DNA of 64,000 bases. Source: Lytechinus pictus. Taxonomy: Eukaryota. Below are positions 38,504-53,700 of this stretch, piece by piece. Made by a program: the position numbers and the translations under genes. The notes beneath the pieces were generated by a model. That model searched no databases and was not told where the DNA came from. It saw only the letters and a program-made list of their open reading frames with translations. Within the stretch, counting starts at the first letter, position 1. Each line of letters begins with the position of its first letter. The DNA lies in assembly GCF_037042905.1 (NCBI RefSeq), contig NC_087246.1, positions 4,838,001-4,902,000 of the forward strand. Direction: 5' to 3'.

Positions 38504-40488
38504 TCTTACTTTCATGCTAATACAAATTTACGTCACTGCAAAGAATACCTAATTATTTTCCAAGCGTTTTTCACATACCACATAAATATGGTATCAAATT
38601 ATTTATGGTATCAAATGTCTTTATTGTACTCTTTTGAATCCTAAGATTCTGCTAAATTGTATTTATATTTTTGTTATTTGTTTTCATTTTATCAACTGAA
38701 CATGCTGAATTTAAAAGTCAATGTTTACAACTATTTTATTTACTATAGACCCCCTGGACAGTTTACAATATATCCATCCAAACATTTCTCGATCCTTATA
38801 ATGTACTCACTCACTCATCAATGGGATCTTTATTAAACAAAAAAAAAATCAATTTAAGCACGAGTTAACCCATCCAGTACACATGTATTGTATTACCAGT
38901 TGTGAGAATTATGTTTTTTATTCGCAATTCTCTGCTTCCCTTGCTTTCTTATCTTCCTATACCTTGTATAGCTCTGACTACCTTTTTTTCTATTTATTTG
39001 ATTCCCCCTGCTCTCTCGCACTCTCTCTTTAGACTCCACCTTGTTCTATCTCTCCTGAGTACCACACTCTCTCTCTCTTCTATTAATTTTCTCCCGACTC
39101 TCTTTCTCGGTCATTCGTTTGTTTTCCACTCTCTAGTTATTTTTCTTTTGTAAGTGCACATTCTGTTGATACTTCTTAATATTTAATTATAATACATATT
39201 TGGACTTTGTTACAGGCCACCTATTGTGTAAACAAACTACAATTCAGAATTTCTGCTATCATAATGTTTTTGTATTTTAATCATTTTATACAGTACTCTG
39301 TAAATCATTTTGTATCTGCTTGCTTGAGATTACGATGATGAATAAATACCATTATTAAATTATTATTATTTGGGAGAAGATACTCTTTCCAGCCATATAT
39401 TATCCTAAATCAAGTGTGCAATCTTTCAAAGAATGAGACAACAAGAAAAAAATATTTTTTTTTAACGATTTTTTTATATTTTCGAGCAGCAGCAAACCCT
39501 TTGATTAGTCTTTTCGAAGCTCTTCTTGGTTGGCAGACAACGATGGGCAATTGTTTGATTTTATATGCACCATTTTATTTAAGTACAATAAATGCTCAAT
39601 TTAATATGGTCTTGATTGAGTTCTTGAAAGTTTTTAAGTCATTCTGTATGCAGCCTATAATTAAGATTATGACATTGGGCTAGCTAAATATTATTACATA
39701 CATGTAATGCTATATATTGTTTTGATAAGACTAATGCCTACTTCTCAATTATTGTTAATCTAGTTTTATTACTTTTTTTATTTCAGAATAAATGCTCGTA
39801 AAATCAGAATCAGAGACTCCTCTCAATGGCTACCAGCAATATTTGACAGTCATGACCCATTGGAAGATCTGGTCACTAGGCACACCCGCAAATATCCAAT
39901 GTAGTCGTTGCTGACAGACTCGTCGTGAAACTGACCAAAGACATACTTGGAGACTTGAAAGAAGACAAGTATGGTTGAGAATCTGAAATATTGCAGGGGA
40001 AGTCAACATGGATCTTCACTTGTTTCCTTCCAGTCAGATTGAACTGTAATATATATATATACTAGTCTCAGATGAATCCATGTATTATTTGTGAGTTTCT
40101 ACAAATTTGTGAGTTTCTACAAATTGCAAGAAGCCAGAAATAATATAGACTAAAAAACTATCTTTACATAATTTTAGTTGATTATTCTATTACCGAGTAT
40201 CGCGATCATAATCTGAGCATTGCACTTGTATGATTTTTAAAAGACAAAACATTTAACCTGCCACGGTATGGTAACTTTGATATCATATTGCAACTCAATG
40301 AAACTGATGGTATAGTTTAACCTTGCTTACCTGAATATATTTATTTTTGTAGAAGACTATTTAAATGCTCTGTTATCTCAAATGATTTTTTTTTTTAATA
40401 TTTCATTGAAAACAATTATTTCACCTAGAAATCATAAATTTTGCCAAATATGAGATTAATGTTTATGTTACAAGAACCATACATTATG

Positions 40489-40856
40489 GGTGAGTGAGTT
40501 AGCTCTGTCGGTGAAGCATCAGCCTATTGAACCAAAGGTCGTGGGTTCGTCGTGTTCACCCTGGGCAGATGACTGAAGCTTACATGTGTGTTAATGTGCA
40601 CCTTCTCCTGTTTCATAGATGCAGGCTATGTTACAGTTGAAATCACTCCATCCCTCGGATTGGACGTTAAGTGGAGGGTTATGGAACCCCCTTTTAAAGG
40701 AGAGTAACCACCTTTGCAATGTACTATTCATATGGAGTATGGGGAAACACCGCTACCCTAATCAGTTATATCCGGAGGAGAGACCTGCAGGTCATCAGTT
40801 TGCTTTCTGCCTCCCAGGCATGGATGATGCCAAACAAAATGATAATAATAATAATT
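40489..40856 (+). mobile_element. tRNA-derived SINE with Deu-domain-like core
   Basis: A box TAGCTCTGTCGG, B-box-like GGTTCG, core CCCTCGGATTGGACGTTAAGTGGAGG, (AAT)n tail. Confidence 0.6.
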
Positions 40857-43800
40857 CAAAGTGTTCAGTCTGTTTTACTATGTGTTACAGTTAGGTTATA
40901 ATGAGTTTAGAGAGTTTTAACTGAAAACTCTGAAAACATATTCAATACCAAAGCTTGTCACCTGCTTCGTGGTAACCTAGCAACTAGACCATGTTATTTT
41001 AGCTTTCCAAAAGAAAGACATAGCTCTATGAACTTATGAGAACCTGGTCATGGAAGTATTCATCACATCTGGCAAGGTTTGATGGAGGAAATAATGATGA
41101 TAGTAAAAACTTTCTTCAACATATGATCCTGTGTTAATGCTGTATGATAGTGTAATCATCTGTAATGCAGCAAATCATGTTCTGCATCATTTACTAAATT
41201 TTCCAGCTACAGTGAAGATTTAATGAAGCGTGCTGCAGCTGTAAGATGAACCTAACAAGTTATTTATCAGTGATTGTTTGAAAAAAAAATCTTCAACTCT
41301 CCACCTGTCGCAAGGGGTTGGAACATTCCAACCTCTTGATTCATTTTGTCCATTTCTTCCAAACTTGATGAAAGTGTAATAAGTGCCTTTTACACAACTG
41401 TAAATACATGTAATATGTTTGAATGTCATGAAAATGCAAATTAATGTCAGCATTTTATTCTACATGTACAAATATTCATAATGGACTGTATTTCTTTTTC
41501 AGGGGGGCTGCTTGATAACGCTATAAGTTGATAGATTACTATTGACTGAACAATGCTCTAGATTATAAAGTGCCATTTTAGGTAGGCCTACTGAATGTTT
41601 CTCAGATTATGATATTTAACAAAAGGGACTATATTCTCAATAATCATATTAGATTTTTGTATTAGGAAATAATTTGCATTGAAAGGATGTAAATTATTTT
41701 AATCTGCATACATGTACAAATATGTCCTTTGAATATATGTGATATTATTCAAACCATTAGTCAAGGTTGGGTCGCACATGCATGTCACACAAATTTTCAA
41801 CCTATAGTCTTCCATTTCTAATAAGTTTGATAGGGCAAAATTTGTAATAGTGTGTGAAGCAGACAGTACCTTTCCTAACCATCATGTGCATTCTTGTTAA
41901 GGCAATTTGTGAGCTTTCAAAGATTATACACTGTCAATGAAAAAAAAGAAGATCATTGACAATATTGAAAATATTGTGCATTTTACTTATTTCCATAGTT
42001 TCTAAATATATTTTCTATTTGTTTTTCAGTCTTTGGGAGAGTCATTGTCATAATTTTATGATTTTTATTTCGTTAATCAGTTTATTTGCTCTTGATCAAA
42101 ATTAATTTGGTATTCGCACCACGTTTCTTTGACAAATGATGCCATCATTAGGAGGATAATGTACTTGGCAAAACTTAGAATGGATGTTAAATTTCTTGAC
42201 AAGGATGTATCTACCAATTATTTAAGTATTAACTTGAAATCATGAATTGAAACATTTCTATCATTTTAATCAGATTGACAAACAGAGCAGAGGGTATAAT
42301 CATTACTATCATGTAATAAAAATGATATGTATATATATTTTGAAAACGTCTTTCAAAAATCCGGCAATATATTTTTATAATATATAGAAGTTGTTATAAA
42401 TGAAATATTACATTTGTAATCTGAAAATAAGCGGATGAAAATATGTCCCTTTTATCATTTTATATTACTTAGGCAAGTGCATTTATTTCTTCTTATTAAT
42501 TTTTTAAGGAAAATCATAGTTTATTTATTGTTTATTTATTTATTCTTTTTTTATGTACAGTCTTCATTTCATTCTTAAAGAATATATATATATGAATTTT
42601 TGTTACAGTATGTGTTTTTAGATGATTGCATTCCAATGTCAAGGTAATTGGTTTAGTGTTGTGAATGTTGTCTGATATTTCAAAATTATGAGTATTTTCT
42701 TATAGAACAAAATTTATTCTATATTGTCTTTATGCGTTTGTACTCAAATCATTTAATAGTACTTTGGATGGATATCTGTATTTTTATTACAAACGATTTT
42801 ATACTGTACTTCGTATTAAATGTATATTTTGGAATATGCAGAAGGAAACGCTTATCCATTCATGATGCAATAAACTGAATGAATGTAAAAATTATTTTAT
42901 TGCTTTCTATCTAGTATTTGACAGAAGTGGTATATAGCAAGAAAATAAAAAATATATCTGAAAATATTTTATTACATACACTTGACAATATAATGTATAC
43001 TTGTATACATACAATACATATGGGATACACTTCATAATAACAATAACTAAAATATTATAGCGCAATAAAGTGAGTATCAGCCAGCAATACTGATTTATAA
43101 AAGATTGAAACGATAATGTTCATGAATCCTTATGATGAAAGAGATGCATCGATTGAATATATTTAAAATGTATGCGGTTGAAGCTTTAGTATTAAATACA
43201 TGGTATGGGGTAATGCGAGTATGAAAGAAATGATGATGAAATTTAATAGTAATGACAATTATAATCATTATGACAATGACGAGATTTGTGAAGGCGAAGG
43301 TTAACAGGCAGAAGCAGCAAATGATGGAGAAGAAAGAAGGGGATGATTGAATGACAGAAGAAAGAGTTTAAAAACAGAAATAATTGCCAAAGGAGGAAAG
43401 GTAGAGGATAATCACGGGTGATTATGACCTTGATTGTGATCATGATGGAAAGATAAACAATATGATGAAAGGTTACAATGTCGAAAGAGACGTGCTGGTG
43501 ACGATGAGAAGGATAGCTGTATAAATTCTATTATATTGTACATCCAATTTTTCATTCTTTTCTCATTCTGCTTTCATGATATTGAAGCAGTTTAAGAATT
43601 GATTCCTTATCAATGTTGTTTTCAGCACATCGTAAAAAACTATGCATCATAACCATAATAAATTTCAAATCTTTGATAATTATAATTGGTAGAAAATATA
43701 TACATGTACATTAAATGATCCGAGCAAGGCATATTTGCAGTATAATTTTACTCGATGATATATAAAACATGATAAAGGTGAATGTTTCCGTTATAACGGT

Positions 43801-44381
43801 AAAAAGTATCCTAACTAGTATAATTCCTTAATGTGAGGATATTGATGAGGGAAACAACTGACGGCATTGGATATGGTTCTCAAAACCTCATCAAACCAAT
43901 TCGAAGGGGTCACTTGGTGCCTGTAGGTCGAGTTAATGAAGAAATTGCCATTTTCATTACACTTGACATAATCATGATAGCCTCATTTCATAGTTACCTT
44001 TGAACAAAAATATTCAGAATGTTGAAACATGTATTATATTAATTTACTTCATAATAATTTTTATGATTATACACAAAGTTTGTGCTATTTCAAAGATATT
44101 TCGCAGCATTATTATATACAAAGAATTATACCCTAAGAGCGTTTACCATCACATGATCACGGGTACCTGTGCCATGCAAAGGCCAGCAAGAGCCATTATT
44201 TTTTTTCTTTGGAAGCTGATTTGCGTTTAGTAGAAGCCATGTAAACTGTTAACTCTTTAGTAAGTATATGTACACATACTGAGTCATCATCCCGTTACTT
44301 ATGGTCCATCTTCTCTTAACTCCAACAACAGAAATTATACAAGCGTTTCTTGTTTCCTAAATTCTATGAATTGTCGGTTGT

Positions 44382-47300
44382 TCAACAGGGTGACTCGACG
44401 AGCCCTTGGACTAAGCCATCTTTCTCGTTTCCGACCAGGTCCAGGTCGGGGTTCATGCCGCATTTGCTGGCCAACCAACATCGAAGTCTGTAGAACCCAT
44501 ACATAATACCCTGAAGCACCAATAGGGAAAGGATCATCCCTAGTGACACTCCACCAGCGGTGCCTGGCTCGTTGCCGTAATCAAGGAATGGCCAGATGTA
44601 TGGCTCGCCCTCTGCGTTGGTTCCACCACAAGCCCAGTAGATGACGGAGAAAAAGTCAAAGATGAGGTCGAAGGCGATCGGGTAGATGAAATGCCAGAAG
44701 CGCACGGGTGTGGCTGTAATGAAGAGCTCAGTGAAGCTGAGAAGCATAGTGATGGCATGTACTTTAGCTTTGTTGATGAGATCAGGGTCATTTGGAGTCA
44801 TGTAAAGAGTTGTCCAGTAGATGATTGTGACTAAGATAGACATTGGCACGGTAGTATTAAAGAGGAACCATTGAATCTTGTAACTCAGTGGTGTTTCTGT
44901 TGACAAAGGAAGGATATAAATGAATGAAATTGTGACGAATGCAAACCTAATTGGCAACTCTTATATCACAAAAGTAATCGGACGATTTTATGGAATGGGA
45001 GATCTTTGCATATGCTCAAAATCCCTCTGGGACTGTCATCTATTTTTTAACCAGAAGATGACAAACATCCTATATCACTAAAATAACCTACTGATGCATG
45101 TCGTTGAAATACAGAAACCTACAGAAATCAAAGCCTTTTTCTTCAATGACGTTGAGTAGTGCAACAGCACTTACGCAAAGTGGTAAAGTTCAAGTGAAAA
45201 TTGACAGGCAATATCATATTTTAGTACAGCACTACGCTCGCTCGCCGCAGGATGCAGTCACTCCCATACACACCCTTGAATGATGTTTTGGACATCATGT
45301 AGTCTTCATTCTTCATCGAAAAAAAAAACCGTGATAGGCCTTAGCTGTCAGGACCAAAAGTGATAGATACACCGCGCTTTCACAGCCCTCGATGTGGGGG
45401 TGCCCCCCCCCCCCCCCGCTCGTACCGGATTTACACCACTGTTGCACTTTGTCACCATTTCTTACCATCTTCCTCGTCTTTCTTCTCTGCGATGGTTTCC
45501 TTGGGTTTCTTCTTGAACTTCTTGATAAACCTTTGGAAGATACCCTGTTTCTTTCGCTCTTGTTCCTGTTTTAAACGTTCCAAATGGTCCTTACGCAGAC
45601 TAACGATCTGCAGTGAAGATAGATTGGTTCATAGATAATATTATTTTGTAAAAGACAAATAACAATGAACAAAGCAAATAAATGACAATGAATTTTGAAT
45701 TTGTTTCCTAAAATAATATTTACGACTTGAGATATCTGAAAAGATGATATAGATTAATAGCACATCAGGATAAAGTAAACCAACCCTTATTCAGCCAGTA
45801 ACCAGGGATCGGTCTTACCTTAACTTAATGCTTTATAGTCCGTATCAAACAAAACTGTATGGTAGATTTTTTTCGAGGGGGGGTTATTTTTTTTGCGAAA
45901 AACAATTTGATACAACCCCCACAAAAAATAATAATAACTGTCACCATGGCCATCAATGTATACCCATCAACGTCCATGCCAATCACGATAACGATGTTCA
46001 CTACCGCTAGCACTACTATCTTATCACCATCGTAGTCGTAATCACCGCAATATCATCGTCATCATCAGTGACCATTAATTTATCGCCACTCTCATGATTG
46101 TCGTGATAGTCAGCATAATCACTATCATCGTCATCGTCACCATAATGTTTATTAATTTTCGCCATAATGACCTGTGTGGTCGTCCTGATCGTCACCATCA
46201 TAACCACCACCATCATCAACATCGGGATCAATATCATCATCAATTATCATCATCGTCGTCATCATTATCATCATCGTCATCATCACCATCATTTTCTTCA
46301 TCCCATCCTCATCAACACCATCTTCACCACCATCATCGTCATCGCCGTCATCACCATCCCCATTATCATCCACCACCACCACCACCAACATCATCACCAT
46401 CATCGTCATCATCATCATCGTCGTCGTCATCATAACCATGCACTCACCAGGTTAGCGGTAGCGACGGCGAAGTAGCAATCAAATGCAAAGTTCTCCCATG
46501 TGGAGAGATAGATGAAATGGCGGCTGCCGTTCTTGGCGATCCCACACACCAAGTCGTATATGAAGTAGGAGATGACGTAACAAGTGGAAAAGATCCGGTA
46601 GCTGAGGAAGAACCAAACTGGAAGACGCCACTGCAGGGTACAATAAAAGCAGGAGAGGGGCGAGAAATGTGGAGATGTGTTAGGATAATGTCAGGAAGAA
46701 ATCGTGTTTTATTTTGAAAAACAATTCTTCAAAGAGAATGGATGATATATTTTATGCACTTTTATGGATTTCAATGATGATTTTAGAGCTAGCGTACTAC
46801 AGTGACTATTTCACCTCCTATATATACTTATCATGCGTCAATTCTTTTATCATTGTCTATGTCTCGGTTCCGACTTTTTGATAGTGGTTCATAGAAGACA
46901 TTATATCGGGGGGGGGGGGTCGTTGTCTAGTGACTCCATAAAAATTACTAGTTTGCTGTCAAAATGTATATAATAAATATGTAAAAAATGACAAAATTCT
47001 GTTCATTATTGACCGGAAACTGACCAGCTTTTATGCTCTCTGACCAGGGTGATTTAAAGTAGAGTATTTTTCTTTAAGTGTACCCTCTCCGTCACTCAAT
47101 TTATTATATCTTTCCTTCCCTCTCTTTGTTAATTCTACCAGGGAATTGATAATGAGAGGAACAATTGCCTGCTTCTATCCAGTCCACTATTATCCAACGT
47201 TTCCATAATTATAATAATAATAATGATATGTCCATTTATATAGCGCAATTACTATGTGCATTTACTCAACTGCGCTTTTGATACTTGCATTCACCTCACC

Positions 47301-47689
47301 TGGGTCGAGTGTAGAACAATGTGGATACATTTCTTGCCGAAGGAAATTACGCCATCGCTGGGATTCGAACCCATGACCCTCTGTTTCAAAGTCCGGAGAC
47401 TAATCCACTGGGCCACAACGCTCCGCGATCTGGTATCGCTACCACGATATGTGGTAGTATAAATACACTCATTCGTTTTTTCTTTTCTTTCTATTTTTGC
47501 ACAGGTTTTCGAGACATCTATCATAGATTATCTTCTTTTCCATCCCAATAAATCTAATTTCCAGTAGGTCTTTTAAGTATTTAATAACACTTATCTGCTT
47601 AGTCACTAATCATGAGTCCAAGCGATGTGATTGGTAGGTCAACTAACCGCTTTCTTTCTTTCTTTTTTCCTTTCTTTTTTCTTTTTTTC

Positions 47690-47721
<32 letters not shown>

Positions 47722-50700
47722 TTTTCTTTCTTTCTTTCTTTCTTTTTCAATATGATGGTGATGATGGTGATGATCATGATGGTCACGATCAGGATGATGA
47801 TGGGGATTGCGGTGGTGAGGGTGGTGGTGGTGGTGATGACGATGATGATGATGATGGGAGAGCCGTGGTGTAGTGGTTCTGACTCTTGCCTTGTAAACAG
47901 AGGGTCGTGTGTTCGAATCCCACACCGCGGTCTAGCGTCCTTTGGCAAGGTGTTAATCCACACTTTGCCACTCTCGACCCAGGTGCTAAATGAGTACCCG
48001 GTAGGATGCGAAAGATATTGTATGTTTGATTTTGCCAGCGCCATAATGAGGCTGCGATGAATGCAAGGAATGCTCCCCAGGGAGTGGAAATTGTGCACTT
48101 TTCGTGCGGGATTGAAATGAATCCAATGACCGGGGTAATGATATGCTGTAACGCGCTTTGAGCCATTCTGGGAAAAGCGCTTTATAAAAATTGGCTATTA
48201 TTATTATTATTATGATGGCGATTGTGAAAAGCGCACGGTCGCTTAGTTCACTCACATGTTTCTGAAGATAAATTCTTGATCATAATCCTGCAAGAAAGTT
48301 ATATTATATCTAGGGCAAAATGCAGGAAAGATTATTGGTAATGTTGAGGATCGATGATTCATCTTGAATCTCTCATAAGTACCAATAAAGTTAATGGCAC
48401 CCTGGGATCCATTGCTGAATCGTCGATATACCTTCATAAATTTTGACACTTGTTGCATGACACTTTACGGAAATGCTCCAATATCCTAAGACCATATACT
48501 GAAGCCAAGCGGAGAAGCGTTACATCCTCTGCAGGTTCATCAATTAGGTGGATGGAAATTGATTGAGTGTGCTATACTTCGCAAGCATCCTCAGTTATTA
48601 TTTGCGAAGTTGCCTAGGTATGATCTATGTTTAAATATTTCAGAAAGAATGTGCAAAGATGTTGATAATGTTGAAAAATAAAAAATTTTGAACACTAGAT
48701 TTACCCATAATTTGTAGCTTTATAATTATGGTCGTGTGAAATTTTTCTTGTCTCATTATATCGTATTTTTCTTTGTAGTGTTTATTCTTCTTTTCATACA
48801 ACAATAAAATTCAAGATTTCTTTACAATTTTATTTGAAGTATCATCACTGTTTTAGGAACAATACTTCAATATCATGATATATTACTGAGCGCAATGGAG
48901 CATAATAATCATTATTATAATTCTTATTTTTCCCAGGGTAGTCACGTATGATCTGTTCCCCAGCGGACACAATAATGAGCATCCTTCTCCATTCTAATAA
49001 GTCGAGAGCCTGACAATGAAACAGATGGTCCCATCTTTAACATGTTTGGTATGGCACGACCGGGGATCGAACACAGGACCTCTCATTCATGAGGCGGATG
49101 CTATATCACTGAGACACCATGTTTGAATAGTACATTTATGTTTTCATATTTTGACATTCAAGACTCAACATTATTTCATTGATAAGTTTCATTTCATCTC
49201 TTCTGTCTTTTTATTAAGGAATATTTTATCGAATAGTCATGCTGTTGCAGGTGTACAGCTTTTCCGTTTTCTTGTCGTTTTGTTCTCTATGAGTTTCCAA
49301 ATTTTATTCATCTCATTTCCCTCTATCAAAATTAATTTCGTTGCTAATTTGTATTGATTATAACACAAAAGGTTACTTTTCATATCCCTATTTATATCCA
49401 TTGTTCTATTCATAAACATGTAATAGTCAGTTAATTGGAATATATTCATTTAAGGTTGAAGGTAGGTGATTTTACAGCCAATCATTTTCTATATTAGGAT
49501 GCGGATATAGGCTAATTTGCATGAGATTTCAGAAATTGAACGTCCGAAGGAAGGGATAGGTCTACACCATGTCCCCGCTGTCTGCTTAAAGATGTACTCG
49601 GGGCTGAAAATAATTATATCCAAATAAAGATAGTAAAATTCATTGAGCAAAACACTGAAAATTTCATCAAAATCTCCTTACAAATAGCGAAGTTATTGCA
49701 TCTTTATGTTTAACCATGATATTGAAAACATTAAAATACACGGCGTCATGAATATTCAACAGATGCGCTGAAGATGTCGTGTTCCCACCCTCTCTGGCAA
49801 ATCATGATATTTCCATACGTGGGTGTATGTCTCTCTTACAAGAAAATGAGTTGCAGCAATAAAAGTGTTCGTTCTTGGTGGTCCAAATTATCAATAAATA
49901 TAATATCATATGAATAAAATATGAGTGGGGACATGACATCATCAACTAGCTCAATGCATATCCATGAGACAAGCATAGAACTGCATTACCGACATAAATG
50001 CAGACCTTTGTTACTCCTCGGCAGATTTTGATGAAATCTTGTTTATCTGGTTTTACTTTATCTGTTCAAATCATATTATTTTCAGCCTGGAGTAAAAGGC
50101 CCGAACCCGGACCTAAATGGTTTTGATATCTTATAAACCTTGCCTGAATTACACCGATTCTACAAAGGGGGCAACACAACTGAGCTACCAAAGGCTGTAC
50201 GGAGATAAATGAAAACGAAGGAAACCTAAATTTTATATTTTTTTCGTGAGAAAAATATTCAATCAGTGACAGTCAAAATACTATGCTTTCACAACTTGTA
50301 AGCATTTCAGTCATACTTTTGCATAATATTTTCGGAACGGTTGTGTTCACTAATGCACGTTCCTAGAAACATGTGAGAAACCTAATTGGAGTGCCCTTAA
50401 ACTGCGATTGAGTTGTTTTTACAAGCAACATAGATTTTAGTGTCACTGATGTTATAATTTATTATTTAATTTAAAATATGAAATTTGTTTTCTCTCTTCT
50501 TCGATACAACCTGTACATACATAGCTGTGTTTCTTTAAATTTTGTAAGGGGAAAATTGGTAATAGAATAAATTGTAAATCTGACAACGATAAAGAGATGA
50601 CCTCGAAAGAATATTTTTCCCTCAAGTAACGAACAATATGATGAAAATTTCTGCCACCTGAACTCAATTCAATCCTCTCTAAGACAGAAATAGTAGATGA

Positions 50701-53700
50701 CTAATTTCAAATCTGCTCATGGGCAAAAATCTTGCTTTCCTGAGAAACCAGTGAGCTGAGGTTAGATGTCGGATGAAAAACCCCAGGAAGTTTGTGGTTA
50801 AGGGGAAAGGAAAAAAGTTGAAATATATTATTCAATGCACGATTAGTAAAATAATTGCGTCGTTTTTATTTACTCGCGTACCTAGGAATTTCAAACGGCT
50901 GGGAGGGGGGGGGGGGGGGGGGCAAGGCAAGGGAGTGAAGCAAGGGATCATGAAAAGAGTGTGGAACGGGATAACCCCGTCCAAGGTAAAGCTATATTTA
51001 ACATTGCATGGAATTAGGATTGTTTGTAACATAAAATGCAGAGTAAGAATTAGGCCGACAGGTATGCATACAATAACCTGGAGAGAGGTGTTTGGCATCC
51101 GAGAGAGCGTATTGATCGAGCGATTATTTTTATTATTTTTTATACCGATGAAGCTTACAACATTTTACGCTGTAACTACAAGGTAGGCTGTACACTGTAT
51201 ACTATAAGTCATTGCAGTGAAGGGACGAATGTAGGCTATACGTGTGTGAGATGGAGCGTGTATATATATATAATGACTGAACAGCAATGTTTTTATTCTC
51301 ATTTATTTGTACCCCAAAACGGTTAAAAATCGAAAACAAGGCCTTAAATGAAGGGGATGAAGGGGGTATTTTTGTTTAAGTTTTCACCGATGAAAATGAA
51401 AATAAACACTATGAAGCAACAAGATGATATTCATTACGAAAATCCAGTGAACTGATTGATTATATTCCTATGTGACGTTTTGTTTTCAGTGGAACTTCAA
51501 CTCGTTGAGACCACAACACTTTTTTTCTTTCTTCGTATATCTCCGTATATCTTCGTATTATTATTTTTTTTTTCAAATAAAAAAAGGAGAAGTCACGCCC
51601 CCGCCCCTGGCTACTTCAGTGTTTATATACTAGAAACGCTCCACGTTACCGATCTACTATCATGTTAGAGTAAAAACAGACTAGATTTGTTTCAACGATC
51701 ATAAATAGTATAGAGCAGTGATATCATCAGCGGTATTCCGGATGGGGCGTGCCTCTCTCCTCGATCTTCAAATTGTGTTTAACAAATGAAAGAGCCCCCC
51801 CCCCCCCCCCCGACCAAAAATCGTACGAAATCGCTGCCTATGAGTGATATTGATACACATTTCACTGATGCCAATACGACAAACCTACATACGTGCTCTT
51901 AATTATAACCGATACAAAATAGCAACTCGACATTTAACTTGGAAATCGTATATGTTACTGAAATACGTCATAATAAGGACCCCCTGCGGGCACATCGACA
52001 TGTAAATGACGACAGCATATCAATTTGCCATCATAATATGCAGGTTTGATTTCAAAGAAGACATTGAAGTCGAAGTTGCCAAAAAATTGGTCAGAGAAGT
52101 TACAATAATTAGCTCCTTTCCTTACGTCCAGGTAATAGGTTTCCTGATGACTGATATGGTGATTTGATAAAGAACGGAATGAAGAAGAAGCATTCAGCTC
52201 ATCTTTAAGAAAGAGTCTATTCCTAATGTCATCCCATTGTAAAAAAAAATCGGTACCGGATATTCTCACAGGGAGGGGGTGGTAGACAAGAACTCTTCAC
52301 TAAATGACCAATTGGTAAGGAAATTAATTCGTTACGTGGAAGGGGATCGCCTAATATAATTTTAGGTTATAATCTGTAAAGTATTTGAAAAAAAAAAATC
52401 ATCAACCAAACCAAAGAGCATGCCAAAATTGAATAAAATTAATTGAAAAATGTAGGTGCTCTCTGACAAGAATTTTATGCAACCATTAATAAACAGAGAA
52501 AAGATTGGAAGGTAATGACGTTTATACAGTAGTATTCATGATATTGGTGTATAGATAGACCAACAAAGAATGTTTGACGATTTATCTACAATGTTATGTT
52601 GATAAATTTGAATTTATGCTTTATCATTTTATAACATTAGCATACAAATATTAATTTTGAACAGTCGTCTTCCGGTATTTTCTTTTTACAAAATATGGAA
52701 AAGAGGAGAGAGGGATGAATTGAGAGGGAAGAAAAACGAGGGAGGGTAAGGAAGAGAGAGAGAGATAGAAAAGGGGTGTGTGTGTTAGGGTGTGGGTGTG
52801 TGTGTATGTTAGGGAGAGAGGGAGAGATAGTAAAAGAGAGAGATATCATATGGCACGTAGGGCGTTTATCGTAATAAAAAATTATGCCTTTGGGCAAGGA
52901 GATCCAACCCTTATATTCAATGCATCCAAACTATTTAGGGACTGCACGTGACGACAATTGCCATAACGAAAATACCCAAAATAGGTTTATAGATCTCGAA
53001 TAGATCCTTGACCTTAAAGTTCTACTGACTGATATCGATCAACACTTTTAAAACACGAGAAAACAAGACTTGTTTGGAATCTATGAAATAAGATTACACG
53101 AATGTCAAAGGATATTGTAATATCAACGATGGTAAAGTGGTTAGACATAGTTACTTGAATCAATGGTATTGTTGCTTATGTTTTTTGAGGCCAAAAGGAA
53201 AGAATATCCACAATTAGTATCAAACAATTATAAATGATATGGATTATACTTTATTATTTTTCTTTCTTGTGTAACCCTTCCCCATAACCATAATAGCGCC
53301 ATGGAGAATTAAATGGGGAGGGGTGGGGTGCAGCCAATATGTGCCAAGATATATAGATGACAAAAACTGTCCCCATGTCATTCACGTGCATGACTTGATG
53401 ATGTATCCGAAATGAACAGATAAGCAAAAATGGCGGACGTCGTCAGACCATGCATCCTATGTTCATGATAAAGGTTTGTTTAGATACGATATTCATCAGC
53501 GTGACACCATTTTCGCAACTTTGACTGCAATCTATTTCCCTTCTACTGGCAAAGAGACAGTCAAATGAGGTAAAGGTAAAAATCGTGAAAAACATGAGAG
53601 AGAGAGAGAAAAAAAAAGATAATGTTTTCACCTCAGCAATGAACATGTTTTAAGCTCTAATGCAATGAAGCATATTAAATGATGAAGGGAGCGAAATCCA

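Noticed and set aside
46016..46475. Poly-His/Asp/Met ORFs
   Set aside because: A trinucleotide tract open in several frames, lying within an intron bounded by good splice sites.
47857..47930. Functional tRNA gene (also at 47424-47350, 5332-5265 and 40489-40565)
   Set aside because: A/B boxes lack a proper cloverleaf and, where the flank is preserved, run into SINE body and tail sequence.
48252..48458. Candidate first coding exon of paralogue 2 (GTGAGT donor at 48255)
   Set aside because: The listed ORF ends in phase 2 and the phase-0 frame has a stop a few codons upstream, so it does not fit the phase-0 exon at 46630. A non-coding alternative exon is not excluded.
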